Source of the DNA: Candidatus Marinacidobacterales bacterium
Lineage (GTDB): Bacteria > Acidobacteriota > Vicinamibacteria > Marinacidobacterales > DATDRI01
Direction: 5' to 3'
NCBI GenBank assembly: GCA_965219415.1
Contig: OZ244742.1
Coordinates: 1,568,001-1,632,000 of the forward strand
Length of the DNA stretch: 64,000 nt
The position numbers and the translations under genes were made by a program. A model generated the notes under the pieces. The model was not told where the DNA came from. It searched no databases and saw nothing but the letters and a program-made list of their open reading frames with translations. Each line of letters opens with the position of its first letter. The stretch's first letter is position 1. Shown here piece by piece: positions 20,470 through 30,475 of the stretch.

Positions 20470-21897
20470 ATGACTACCGAACTGAAGAAGGGACTCACCT
20501 TCGACGATGTCCTCATAGAACCACGTCGCTCACGGGTGAGAAGTCGCAAAGAGGTGGAGACCCGCACTCAGTTCTCTCGCCACATCGATCTCAACATCCC
20601 CATCGTCAGCGCCAACATGGAAACGGTGACCGAGGCGGACATGGCCATCGCCGTCGCTAGAGACGGCGGTATCGGCGTGATCCACCGTTTCATGCCCATC
20701 CCCGAGGAAGTCGAGCAGGTCTCGCGTGTCAAGCGGTCGGAGAACCTCGTCATCGAGCACCCGTACACGATATCCCCGCAGCAACGTTTGGCAGAAGCTC
20801 GCGAGATGATGGAAGCTCGAGGCGTCACTTCGCTGCTCGTGACCACCGAGGCCGGCAACCTCGCCGGAATCCTCACCCATCGTGACATTCTATTCGTCGA
20901 GGAAGACTCGCGGCTCATCTCGGATCTGATGACACCTGCGGACAAGGTGGTCACGGCTCATACTGGGGTGACTGTAGCTGAGGCGAAGAAACTCTTCCTC
21001 GAACACAAAGTCGAGAAGTTCCCGATCGTCGACGACAAGGGTCGGCTGCTCGGTCTCATTACTATTGCCGACATCATCAAACGCACCCGCTACCCCATGT
21101 CAACCAAGGATGCCAAGGGGCGCCTTCGCGTCGCCGCCGCGGTGGGAGTACGCGGGGATTACCTGGAAAGGGCACAGGCCCTCGCCGATTCGGGAGTCGA
21201 CGCACTGGTCCTCGATGTAGCGCACGGTCACTCCGACCAGGCGATCGACGCAGCCGAACAACTCCGCAAGAAGCTCGGCGACATCGAGCTCGTCGCCACC
21301 GCGCGGGCAATCCGTGATCTCATCGAGCTCGATGTGGATGCGATCAAAGTTGGGATAGGGCCCGGTTCGATCTGTGTGACCCGGATCGTCACCGGCTCGG
21401 GTGTACCTCAATTTTCGGCCGTTCAGGAATGTTCTCGCGAGGCCAAGAAACGAGGCGTTCCCATCATTGCCGACGGCGGAGTCAGAAGCTCGGGTGATCT
21501 CACCAAGGCGATTGCCGCCGGTGCCTCGAGTGCCATGCTGGGTAGCATGCTGGCCGGCACCGAAGAGAGCCCGGGAGTGATGGTGATGCGGGGCGGACTC
21601 CGGCACAAGGTCTGTTGGGGAAGCGCTTCGTTCCGTGCGCAATGGGCGGGACAAGGGGGTACACGACAAGATCCCGAAGAGGCTGCGGAAGTCGTGCCCG
21701 AAGGGGTCGAGGCGGTGGTTCCATACAAGGGTCTCGTCTCCGAAGTGATCCACCAGCTCGTGGGGGGGCTACGCTCGGGAATCAGCTACGCCGGGGGAAG
21801 AAACATCAAAGAACTGCAGCAGAATGCTTCGTTCATTCAAGTCACGCCGGCGGGACTGAAAGAAGGACAAACGCACGACGTAGACCTAATCAAGTGA
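20470..21897 (+). CDS. guaB: IMP dehydrogenase/GMP reductase family protein with CBS pair; atypical, possibly damaged
   Basis: [41 protein letters not shown] (catalytic Cys), [14 protein letters not shown]; lacks GNV and the flap RY dyad; RBS GAAGGAG. Confidence 0.8.
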   Translation: MTTELKKGLTFDDVLIEPRRSRVRSRKEVETRTQFSRHIDLNIPIVSANMETVTEADMAIAVARDGGIGVIHRFMPIPEEVEQVSRVKRSENLVIEHPYTISPQQRLAEAREMMEARGVTSLLVTTEAGNLAGILTHRDILFVEEDSRLISDLMTPADKVVTAHTGVTVAEAKKLFLEHKVEKFPIVDDKGRLLGLITIADIIKRTRYPMSTKDAKGRLRVAAAVGVRGDYLERAQALADSGVDALVLDVAHGHSDQAIDAAEQLRKKLGDIELVATARAIRDLIELDVDAIKVGIGPGSICVTRIVTGSGVPQFSAVQECSREAKKRGVPIIADGGVRSSGDLTKAIAAGASSAMLGSMLAGTEESPGVMVMRGGLRHKVCWGSASFRAQWAGQGGTRQDPEEAAEVVPEGVEAVVPYKGLVSEVIHQLVGGLRSGISYAGGRNIKELQQNASFIQVTPAGLKEGQTHDVDLIK

Positions 21898-22006
21898 GCC
21901 CACGGAGCTCACTGGCGGGCCGGAGCCCGTCACTCACTGCCGGCCGCCAAATTACGTTGTTGCCAAGCTGGAGCTAGCCAGGCGGCGGTGGGGCCCCACG
22001 CCACTA
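21894..22006. repeat. Inverted copy of the REP-like element with extra hairpins
   Basis: Revcomp of 21942-22000 (CGTGGGGCCCCACCGCCGCCTGGCTAGCTCCAGCTTGGCAACAAC..TGGCGGC) matches 15347-15404; hairpins GTGAGC/GCTCAC and TGGCGGGC/GCCCGTCA; lies between convergent genes. Confidence 0.8.
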
Positions 22007-22020
22007 ATCGATTTCTCTCA

Positions 22021-22770
22021 CTAGCTTCCTTCAGCTTCTTCCAGCTGCGGAATCAATATATCGAGCACCCGAGAGTGGCCGGGCGCCAGCACTAGCGCTC
22101 GCTCGTATGCGGCCCGCGCTTCCTTCAGCTCTCCTTTTTGCACCAGAACGAAGCCGATCCAAGTCTGGACCTCTACCCTCCCCCAGTTCGGCCAGGGTTG
22201 GTCGTCTGATTGCTGCTCGAAAAGTGCCTCCGCCCGTCGAAGCTCCGAGAGCGCTTTGTCCTTTCCGCCACCGAAGAGTCGAGGCTTGTAGAAATTGGCC
22301 ACTGCCCGGTTCAGAACGACTCTCGGGTTGTCAGGTGAAAGTTTGGCGGCGCGGCCCAGCGCCCCTTGCGCTTTGCGTCCAATGGATAGCTTTTCCCAGG
22401 TGTTCGTAATTTGGCCACCATAGACCGCGCCGAGCAGTGCGTGCCCTTCCGAATCCTCGGGGTTCAATTCGAGTAGCGCCTTCAAGTGCGTTTCAGCTTG
22501 CTCGAGAAGAACCCTTCGTTCGCCGATCACTTCGTGGCCAGGCAGATAGGCGAGGCGCCATTTGACGTAGGCTGCGGTGTAGAGACATAGCTCGCGATTC
22601 GAGAGCTCCTCGTGCTGAAGCCAACGCTCTAACGTTCCTGCTTGCCGATCGAGCTCGGCGACATCGCCGTGTACCGTCGTTTCCGAAATCTGTTTGACAA
22701 GGCCGTCCAGATTCGAATCGGGAGTCGCCGCCTGTAGCCAAAGGAAAAGAAGCGCTGGTAGGTAGCTCAC
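22021..22770 (-). CDS. Secreted TPR-repeat protein
   Basis: N-terminal hydrophobic signal; TPR-like ALLELNPEDSEGHALLG, AAKLSPDNPRV, ARAAYERALVLAP. Confidence 0.7.
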   Translation of the reverse strand: MSYLPALLFLWLQAATPDSNLDGLVKQISETTVHGDVAELDRQAGTLERWLQHEELSNRELCLYTAAYVKWRLAYLPGHEVIGERRVLLEQAETHLKALLELNPEDSEGHALLGAVYGGQITNTWEKLSIGRKAQGALGRAAKLSPDNPRVVLNRAVANFYKPRLFGGGKDKALSELRRAEALFEQQSDDQPWPNWGRVEVQTWIGFVLVQKGELKEARAAYERALVLAPGHSRVLDILIPQLEEAEGS

Positions 22771-22848
22771 GATGTCTCCTACGCGCAGACTAACGCAGAG
22801 ATGCGTCGAGCAACTGTGAGGAACCCCACTTTTTCATGACCCGGCACC

Positions 22849-24081
22849 CTAGGGCGCGGCGAGGACTAGGGTAGCGTTCGTTCCGCCGAACCCGAACGAA
22901 TTCGAAAGCGCCAGTCGAAGTTTCCGTGAGGTCGGAACGAGGACCGGAGGATAATCCTCGAGCTCGGGCTCGAGTGGCTCCGCATTCACCGACGGAGCGA
23001 TCCACCCTTCTCGGAGCATGGCCAGCGTGAAAATGGTTTCGATCGTGCCCGCCGCGGAGACGGGGTGTCCGGTGTACCCTTTGGTCGACGAATAAGGCAA
23101 GTGCCGGTCGTCCAAAATTCGGCGCATCGCTCGCACCTCAGACACGTCGCCCAGGGGAGTGGAGGTCGCGTGCGTGTTGATGTAATCGATCTCGTCGGGA
23201 GTCACTCCCGCATGTTCGAGGCCTCGCTGCATTGCAAGCACCGCACCCTCCGAGGAGGGCGCCACCATCTCGCGCGAACCGCCCGACGACATGCCGTACC
23301 CCCGCAAGACACCTAGGATGGGTGCCCCGCGACGGGTGGCGGACTCCCGTGTCTCGAGAACGACCAGACCCGCACCCTCGGAGAAAATGAAGCCGGCTCG
23401 ATCGGCGGCGTAGGGTCGCGATGCGCGCTCTGGGTGATCGTTATCCTGACCGTTGTAGGCGCGCATAGAGTCGAAACCGGCAAAGAAATGGATGTCGGCT
23501 ACCTCCACGCCACCTGCAATAGCCCCGTCGACCCGACCCTGCTCGATGAGCTCCGCCGCAAGTAGGACATTGTAGGCTCCGCCCGCGCAGGCGGCGGTGG
23601 CGCTAAACGAAGGTCCGGTAGTCCCCAGGACCGTTGCCAGGTTTGCCGAGACGGTCGAGGCCATCAAACGTGGGATGATCGTCGGCGACACTCTTTTCGC
23701 GTTCTTGGTTTGCGCGAGCTTGTTGTGAATCTCCACGTGGGCGTCCACATCGCCGGTCCCGCTTCCTACTACGACTGCCAACTCGCTGGGCTCGATCCTC
23801 GATTGCTCGAGCGCAAGCCGGGCGGCACGGACCGCCATGAGGGCCGCTCTTCCCATGAAACGTGCTTGCTGCTTGTTGATCCCGAGGTTTGCGGGAGAAA
23901 GGTCGTTCGGGTACGCCCCGATCAGTTGGCATCGGGCGCCGTAGTCGACCGCCGGCTGCCAACGCGTAAACGGCGTCGCCCTTCCCTCTCGTAGTGCAGC
24001 TTCGATGGCCGGCAAGTCGTCGCCCATGTGGCAGCAGACGCCTCCTCCGGTAATCACGACTTCACGCGATGGGTCTCTCAT
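22849..24081 (-). CDS. Beta-ketoacyl-ACP synthase (FabB/FabF family)
   Basis: VVITGGG, catalytic TAACAGG, YINTHATSTPLGD, SSTKGYTGH, LSNSFGFGGTNA. Confidence 0.92.
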   Translation of the reverse strand: MRDPSREVVITGGGVCCHMGDDLPAIEAALREGRATPFTRWQPAVDYGARCQLIGAYPNDLSPANLGINKQQARFMGRAALMAVRAARLALEQSRIEPSELAVVVGSGTGDVDAHVEIHNKLAQTKNAKRVSPTIIPRLMASTVSANLATVLGTTGPSFSATAACAGGAYNVLLAAELIEQGRVDGAIAGGVEVADIHFFAGFDSMRAYNGQDNDHPERASRPYAADRAGFIFSEGAGLVVLETRESATRRGAPILGVLRGYGMSSGGSREMVAPSSEGAVLAMQRGLEHAGVTPDEIDYINTHATSTPLGDVSEVRAMRRILDDRHLPYSSTKGYTGHPVSAAGTIETIFTLAMLREGWIAPSVNAEPLEPELEDYPPVLVPTSRKLRLALSNSFGFGGTNATLVLAAP

Positions 24082-24160
24082 CTCTTTCTACATCCAAATC
24101 CAGGCACAACTACGACACGAAAACCCCGTTGAACTTGGAAGGGAGCTTGGCGGAGTCCGT

Positions 24161-25306
24161 CTACGGCTCGATCGTAATCGGAACCACCTGATAGTCGAGC
24201 GCGGTCGCGAAGCGTGCGGTTGCGACGGTGATCGAATGAACTCCCTGTAGTCCGTTGCGAGGGGTGACGGTGACCACACCGGTATCGAAATCGACCGTGT
24301 AGACGAGATCCGCATGCGCTCTAGCCGGCACGGGAACTCCATTAGAATCGAGTCCGGCCTCGTCGAGAAAGAACGCCGCATCTCCTTCCACATCGATCGC
24401 GCTCAGTTGGAATGTCACCGGGGTATCGACTTTGGTCGAAACAGGAGGGATGTCGGCCAGGAACGGATCGCTGTCGACCGTGTCGGGTGAGACGGTCACA
24501 AGAAACGTCCGGCTGATTTGGGCTCCGTCCGGGCTGCTCGCGGTAACCGTGACCGTGGCTTGACCGCTCGCCCCCTCGGCGGCCGCGAGCATCAGGACGG
24601 CGTTCTGATTGTCCTTGAAAATCCGCACCGGTTGCATGACGACATCGGTGATGGGACGATCACCGGTACCGACGGGAACCCCGCTGATCTCTGCCCGCAC
24701 GTCTTCGCCTTCCACCAACAAACCAAAGATCGAATGGTTGAAATCGAGATGGCGTGAGGCTCCTTCGGTGATGAAGAACTGCGAGTCGTTCGTGTCGTCG
24801 TCCGTTTTCGCCATCGAGAGGAGCCCGGTTCGGTTGTGCTGCAGATCGACATGGAACTGATCGTCGAATGAACCCAGCGTAGAGCCGCCGGCGCCGGTTC
24901 CGGTTGGGTCACCACCCTGGATGACGAAGTTATCGAGCACACGGTGAAAAATGACGCCGTTGTAGAAGCCGCTTTCGGCCAACCTGATGATCCGGCGCGT
25001 CACGCAGGGTGACCGATTCTCAAAAAGCTCGAAAACCATGTCCCCGAAGCCAGGCACCGTGACCCGCATGCTGCGGTTTCCCTTGGTGATGGCGGTGGTG
25101 ACCAGTTCGCTATTGCTGCTGGCGGTAAAAGACAATGATTGACCGCTGGCCTCGAACCCGTCGAGCGGAATATGGAGAGGCGAGCCTGATAGTAGGGCGG
25201 CGTCGCCGATCGGCTCGAGAGTCGGGGCCAGCGCGACGGCAAGGAACCCTGCCGGACTACTGCTCACAAACACCAGCAATACCAATTGTTGGAGTCGAAT
25301 CCTCAT
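24161..25306 (-). CDS. Secreted cyclophilin-type peptidyl-prolyl isomerase with Ig-like flanking domains
   Basis: FYNGVIFHRVLDNFVIQGGDP, LLSMAK..NDSQFFIT, HLDFNHSIFG; signal peptide. Confidence 0.88.
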   Translation of the reverse strand: MRIRLQQLVLLVFVSSSPAGFLAVALAPTLEPIGDAALLSGSPLHIPLDGFEASGQSLSFTASSNSELVTTAITKGNRSMRVTVPGFGDMVFELFENRSPCVTRRIIRLAESGFYNGVIFHRVLDNFVIQGGDPTGTGAGGSTLGSFDDQFHVDLQHNRTGLLSMAKTDDDTNDSQFFITEGASRHLDFNHSIFGLLVEGEDVRAEISGVPVGTGDRPITDVVMQPVRIFKDNQNAVLMLAAAEGASGQATVTVTASSPDGAQISRTFLVTVSPDTVDSDPFLADIPPVSTKVDTPVTFQLSAIDVEGDAAFFLDEAGLDSNGVPVPARAHADLVYTVDFDTGVVTVTPRNGLQGVHSITVATARFATALDYQVVPITIEP

Positions 25307-25561
25307 GGGTGTCGGTTCGTGGTCCTTGGCCGAACATGGCCGCGGATGCTAACGAAGTACAGCATTTGCCAGTAACTCGATGTTTTGTAGCGGATTACAG
25401 CAAGAATCGCAAGCATCACTCCGCCCTAGTAATGTCTTCTATCTTGGCGGGGTGCCGCCGGTCAAGAGGAATTCCTCGGAATCTTCTGCTCGACAGATAG
25501 GCCGGCCGGTGATAAAAGGACGATGACTTTAAGACCGGAGTAAGGCGAAGGAGACGAAATC

Positions 25562-26290
25562 ATGCGTAATCTAATCTTTTTGATAACTCTTGTTTCATTC
25601 GTGGGCTGTCAACCGGCGGAGGAGGCGGCGTCGGATGCGGTCACCGAGGATGCGGCCTCGACGGATGATTCCACGGACCCGACGGTATCCGAGCCCAATC
25701 ACTACAAGGTGGAGTTCGAGAACGACCACGTACGGGTAGTGCGGATCACGTATGCCGCTGGCGAGGAGACCCAGATGCACTCACATCCCGCATCGGTGTC
25801 AGTCTTTCTGACAGACGCCGAAGGCGTGCTTGCCTTGGAGGACGGGAGTGAACAGGAGTTCAACAACAAGGCCGGAGACTCGATGTTGATGGACGCGCAG
25901 AGCCACCAGCCCCGAGCGAAAACGGACTTCGAGCTGATCCAGATCGAGCTCAAGGGCAGCGGTGGCGAAGCCGAGGCGGCACCGGAAGAGGCGTCCGGCG
26001 AGTCATTGGATGCGACCGCCGTGGAGCCGGATCATTACGCGACGGTTCTCGAGAACGACCACGTGAGGGTACTGCGAATTACTTATGCGGCAGACGATGA
26101 GGCCGCTGTTCACTCACATCCGAACGCGGTCTTGGTTTCGCTGACCGACGGCGAGTCAGAGCTTATCCTCGAGGACGGGACGAAAAGGGAGGCCAACTTC
26201 AAAGCCGGTACCGCAGCGTGGGCTCCGGCCGAGACGCACCATGGCAAGGCCCATACTGCCCTGGACATGATCTTGGTCGAGCTCAAGTAA
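25562..26290 (+). CDS. Lipoprotein with two tandem cupin-like domains
   Basis: Lipobox FVGC; internal duplication ENDHVRV..HSHP..ELK; RBS AAGGAG. Confidence 0.75.
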   Translation: MRNLIFLITLVSFVGCQPAEEAASDAVTEDAASTDDSTDPTVSEPNHYKVEFENDHVRVVRITYAAGEETQMHSHPASVSVFLTDAEGVLALEDGSEQEFNNKAGDSMLMDAQSHQPRAKTDFELIQIELKGSGGEAEAAPEEASGESLDATAVEPDHYATVLENDHVRVLRITYAADDEAAVHSHPNAVLVSLTDGESELILEDGTKREANFKAGTAAWAPAETHHGKAHTALDMILVELK

Positions 26291-26308
26291 AGAAGTCTAT
26301 TCTTTCTG

Positions 26309-26335
26309 GGAGAGGAGCTCCCCGAGCTCCTCTCC
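26309..26335. terminator. Perfect 12-bp hairpin between convergent genes (probable bidirectional terminator)
   Basis: GGAGAGGAGCTC-CCC-GAGCTCCTCTCC; no strong U tract. Confidence 0.55.
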
Positions 26336-26336
26336 A

Positions 26337-27848
26337 TCAACTCACTAAGCGGCAGCAGCCGTCTTGCTCCTGCACCCTGCCCTCTTCTTGCAGCTTGATA
26401 AGTCCCGAGGCTAGCGAGCGACCCGCCATCTCCCACATTTTCTTGTCCACGTCGGCGTAGACTTTGCTCACCAGCTCCGACACCGATTGTGGCTCGTCCG
26501 AGAGAGCGGCCAACAGTTGATTCTCTCTTTGCTGACGATGGCGAAGCTGCGCTTGAATAGCCTTTCTTCCCTCACGGGCCGGGGGTCCATGTCCCGGATA
26601 GACGGTGGCTTCCGCCACCGACTCCAAGAACTTAAGGGACTCCAAGTAGGTAGCGAGGTGACCGTCGCGAGGGTCGATTAGGATGGAGGACAGGGTCGAT
26701 AGCAAATCTCCTACGATGAGTGTCTGGTAGCGACTCTCCTGAAACGCCAAGTGGCCGGGTGCGTGACCAGGAACGTGAAAGGCGCGCAGCGTCCACCCCG
26801 GTTTCCCGTCGGGCGTGCTCCCCAGATCGAGGTCCTGCTCGTGTTCCAACGGCTCCCCAAAGTCGAAGCCGCCGAGCTCCGCCATCGTATCTCGATGCGC
26901 ACGCACCGGGAGTTTATAGCGACGCTGACACTCCGCGACCGCTCCCACATGGTCCGGATGGTAGTGCGTCAAAAGTATCCCTTCGAGCATCCGGCCCTCG
27001 GCGAGGAACTCGTCGAGAAGGTCCCAAAGCTTTGCCTGCTCTAATGGCTCCACCGGAGCGGGATCGACGAGGTAAACTCTCTCCTCTCCCACCAAACACG
27101 TGTTGGTGTGCGTGGCGGGTGGTTTGGTCGGGGTCTTCAATGCGGCGAGGAGAACTCCGGGTGTGAAGTAGACACGATGAAGCTTCCCGTCGTCGTAGGA
27201 CGTGAATTGCTGCATCCAATTCACGAAGTCTTCCTTGGTCGAGTTTGCCAGGCGTTGGAGGAAGATGATCACCGGCGGAACGATCAAGACCTCACCTTCC
27301 CGCCATTTCTCCAGTGCGTCTTCCGGCTTGGCGAAACCACCGCCCACCAGCTCCCCCTCGATGATCTCGACTTCGCCCCCTTTTGGAAGCTGGCAGCCCA
27401 GAAACCAGGTGTCATAACGGCGCGGTGTGAAAGGCGGTGTCGTGATGCGGCACAGAGGAGTGAAATCCAGTGCGTCTATCCGTTGGCCCCGCTGCTTCAA
27501 GATCTGAACAAAAGACAACTCATCGGCCAACATCAGACGCCGGTCCTCGTCCAGCGAGCGGCCCGATTCATCGACTCCTCGGCCTAGCCAAACGCCGGTC
27601 TCTTCGAAGAGCTCCCGCGCCGCGGCCACGACGAAGGATGGGAAGTCTTTTCCAAGACTTTCTCCTCTTTCCTGAGACAACTTATCCAAGTTGTCGACTG
27701 GTACCTTTGCGTCCTCGGGCTCGAGAGTCCCCCCCGGAAACGCCTGGTAACCTCCGAAAAAAGACAGCTTGGGATTACGATCGATCAGCAGGACTTCGTC
27801 CCAACTCTCGTTCCGACTCAACAAGATGCTAACGGCGATGCGGGTCAT
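26337..27848 (-). CDS. NUDIX hydrolase-metallo-beta-lactamase fold fusion
   Basis: FPGG..AAARELFEETGV and ITTPPFTPRRYDTWF (NUDIX); THYHPDHVG, PGHAPGH, VGD, PGHG (MBL). Confidence 0.85.
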   Translation of the reverse strand: MTRIAVSILLSRNESWDEVLLIDRNPKLSFFGGYQAFPGGTLEPEDAKVPVDNLDKLSQERGESLGKDFPSFVVAAARELFEETGVWLGRGVDESGRSLDEDRRLMLADELSFVQILKQRGQRIDALDFTPLCRITTPPFTPRRYDTWFLGCQLPKGGEVEIIEGELVGGGFAKPEDALEKWREGEVLIVPPVIIFLQRLANSTKEDFVNWMQQFTSYDDGKLHRVYFTPGVLLAALKTPTKPPATHTNTCLVGEERVYLVDPAPVEPLEQAKLWDLLDEFLAEGRMLEGILLTHYHPDHVGAVAECQRRYKLPVRAHRDTMAELGGFDFGEPLEHEQDLDLGSTPDGKPGWTLRAFHVPGHAPGHLAFQESRYQTLIVGDLLSTLSSILIDPRDGHLATYLESLKFLESVAEATVYPGHGPPAREGRKAIQAQLRHRQQRENQLLAALSDEPQSVSELVSKVYADVDKKMWEMAGRSLASGLIKLQEEGRVQEQDGCCRLVS

Positions 27849-27894
27849 GGACCGTTATAATACCCGTGCGCGAGAAACCGCGCCATGAAAGGAA

Positions 27895-29466
27895 ATGTCG
27901 ATGATTGCCCTGAAGAGTTACGCAAGCGGAACGTGGAAGACGGGCAGTGGGAAGGAACGCGTCTTGCAGAACGCCGTCACTGGCGAGGACATTGCGACGT
28001 GCACCAGTGTAGGCCTCGATTTCGCGGCCATGCTCGATTGGGCTCGCGCCAAGGGTGGTCCGGCTCTACGTGCGTTGACGTTCCACGAGCGCGCCGGGCT
28101 TCTCAAGAAGATGACGGGTGTTCTGAACGAGCACCTCGATGAATTTCATGAAATCGCTGCGGCCTATGGGGCGACCCGCACCGACGCGATGATGGACGTG
28201 GAAGGAGGGATCGGCACGCTCGGTTACTACGCGGGCCTCGGTGCCAAGAAACTCCCACCGAGCACCTTCCTGACCGACGGCCCCCCGGCCCGACTGTCCA
28301 AACCGGGGAACTTCTTTGGACGGCACATCTACGTGCCGCTCGAAGGGGTGGCGGTTCAAATCAATGCCTACAACTTCCCCTCTTGGGGCATGCTGGAGAA
28401 GGTGGCGCCATCGATCCTCGCCGGCATGCCGAGCATCGTCAAACCGGCGACGCCGACCGCTTGGCTCGCCTTCCGCATGGTGGAAGTGCTTATCGAGTCC
28501 GGAGTCATGCCGGAAGGAACTCTGCAGCTCATCTGCGGGTCGGTGGGCGATCTCCTCGATCACCTAACGTGCCAGGACGTCGTATCTTTCACTGGTTCAG
28601 CTTCCACCGGTCACAAGATCCGATCCCACCCCAACATCGTGAAGAACGCGGTGCGCGTGAATATCGAGGCGGATTCGCTGAACTGCATCATCCTGGGGCC
28701 CGATGTGACTGAGGGATCCCCAACGCTCGACTACTTCACCAAGGAAGTCATCAAGGAGATAACCATCAAGGCCGGACAGAAGTGCACGGCGATCCGTCGG
28801 CTCGTCGTACCTAAGGACAAGGAGTCGTTGGTCATTGAAGCTCTGAAGGAACGTCTAGCGAAAATCCGCGTGGGCGATCCGGGAGTGGAGGGAGTGCGCA
28901 TGGGGCCGCTCGTCGATCGATCGGCACTCGAGTCCGCCCGCGAAGGCGTCGAGAGCTTGAGCCGCGAAGCCGACGTCGTCTTCGGAGATCCGAAGCGCGC
29001 GAGTTTCGAGGGTGCTGGCACCGAAAAGGGCTTCTTCATGGAGCCGGTCCTACTTCGCGCGAACAACGCGGAAGATGCCCGACTCGTTCATGAAGTCGAA
29101 GTCTTCGGCCCGGTGGGGACGGTGCTCGGCTACCAAGACGTCGAGCAAGCGATTCGCCTCGCGCGGCGCGGCGGAGGCAGCCTAGTCGGTTCGATCTACA
29201 GTGAGGACGAGGAATTCATTCACAAGATGACTTTCGGCCTCGCTCCGTATCACGGTCGTCTCATGGTCATGAACGCGAAGGCGGCTCCCGAATCCACAGG
29301 GCACGGTGTCGTCATGCCCCACTTGGTGCACGGTGGCCCCGGTCGTGCGGGTGGTGGAGAAGAACTGGGGGGACTAAGGAGCGTCTACCACTACATGCAG
29401 CGCATCGCTCTACAAGGGGATCCGGAGAGGCTCGACAGGCTCTGCGCGCCCGCGGTCATGGAGTGA
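27895..29466 (+). CDS. PaaZ-like aldehyde dehydrogenase without MaoC domain (3,4-dehydroadipyl-CoA semialdehyde dehydrogenase type)
   Basis: INAYNFPSWGMLEK, FTGSASTG, EADSLN, KAGQKCTAIRR, EVFGPV, HGGPGRAGGGEELGG; 523 aa with no hydratase tail. Confidence 0.85.
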   Translation: MSMIALKSYASGTWKTGSGKERVLQNAVTGEDIATCTSVGLDFAAMLDWARAKGGPALRALTFHERAGLLKKMTGVLNEHLDEFHEIAAAYGATRTDAMMDVEGGIGTLGYYAGLGAKKLPPSTFLTDGPPARLSKPGNFFGRHIYVPLEGVAVQINAYNFPSWGMLEKVAPSILAGMPSIVKPATPTAWLAFRMVEVLIESGVMPEGTLQLICGSVGDLLDHLTCQDVVSFTGSASTGHKIRSHPNIVKNAVRVNIEADSLNCIILGPDVTEGSPTLDYFTKEVIKEITIKAGQKCTAIRRLVVPKDKESLVIEALKERLAKIRVGDPGVEGVRMGPLVDRSALESAREGVESLSREADVVFGDPKRASFEGAGTEKGFFMEPVLLRANNAEDARLVHEVEVFGPVGTVLGYQDVEQAIRLARRGGGSLVGSIYSEDEEFIHKMTFGLAPYHGRLMVMNAKAAPESTGHGVVMPHLVHGGPGRAGGGEELGGLRSVYHYMQRIALQGDPERLDRLCAPAVME

Positions 29467-29502
29467 ACGGCGCTAGCGCAACCCACGAACCATCTTCTCG
29501 CA

Positions 29503-30457
29503 TTGGCGCTCAGCGGACTCTTGTGCATTGCGACGCCCTGCTTCGCTCAACAGGGCAGATGGACCTCGAAAGCCGACATGCCCACGCCGCGATGGTCCCT
29601 GTCGACTAGCGCTGTGGCCGGAACGGTCTATGCTATCGGAGGCTTCGAGGGGGGCTTTGTACCCTCGCAGGCTGTGGAAGCCTACGATCCAAAAACAGAC
29701 ACGTGGACCAAGATGGCTAAACTGCCAACGCCGAGGTCGTTTCTCGCGAGCAGTACGGTGGAAGGGAAGATCTATGCGGTTGGTGGTGCCAATCTCGAAT
29801 TGGGGCAGCTTGGGCTCCCCACCGTGGAGGAATACGACCCGGAGACGGACACCTGGACCAGGAGAGCTGACATGCCAACCCCGAGGCACGGGCTTTCGAC
29901 CTGCGTGCTCGATGGGAAAATCTACGCGATTAGCGGCTATGACGGGTCGAATATGGCGACAGTGGAGCAGTACGACCCATCATCGGATACGTGGACCACT
30001 AGGGCCGACCTCCCTACGCTCCGATCGCATGTTGCGACCCAAGTAGTCGGCGGCAAGATCTACGTCATTGGCGGCTGGGATAAGCGGGACGGGCCGCACA
30101 CGGCACTCTCATCGGTGGCTCAGTACGAGCCGGGGACTGACACGTGGACGAGACGAGCCGACATGCCGACTCCGCGATGGTTGCCCGCCAGCAGCGTGGT
30201 GAACGGAAAGATTTACGTCATCGGCGGAACGGCAGTCGAGGGCACGGGGAATCAGCACAACCTCCAGACAGTAGAAGTCTTATGACCCGGAGACAGACAC
30301 ATGGACTCAGGAGGTCGACATGCCAACGACCCGGGGTTGGCTCTCGGCAAGTGTCGTCGACGGAAAGTTGTATGCCATCGGCGGAGGCTTGCGCTCTCAA
30401 CCCGGAACTTCTGAGCCCATGGTGCTGGCGACGGTGGAGGAATTTAGCCCTTGGTAG
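29503..30457 (+). pseudogene. Secreted Kelch-repeat beta-propeller, frameshifted at ~30280
   Basis: Repeated GKIYAIGG..VEEYDPETDTWT..ADMPTPR; the last repeat continues in another frame to TAG 30455-30457. Confidence 0.85.
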
Positions 30458-30475
30458 CTTTCAGTCGCTCATCTG

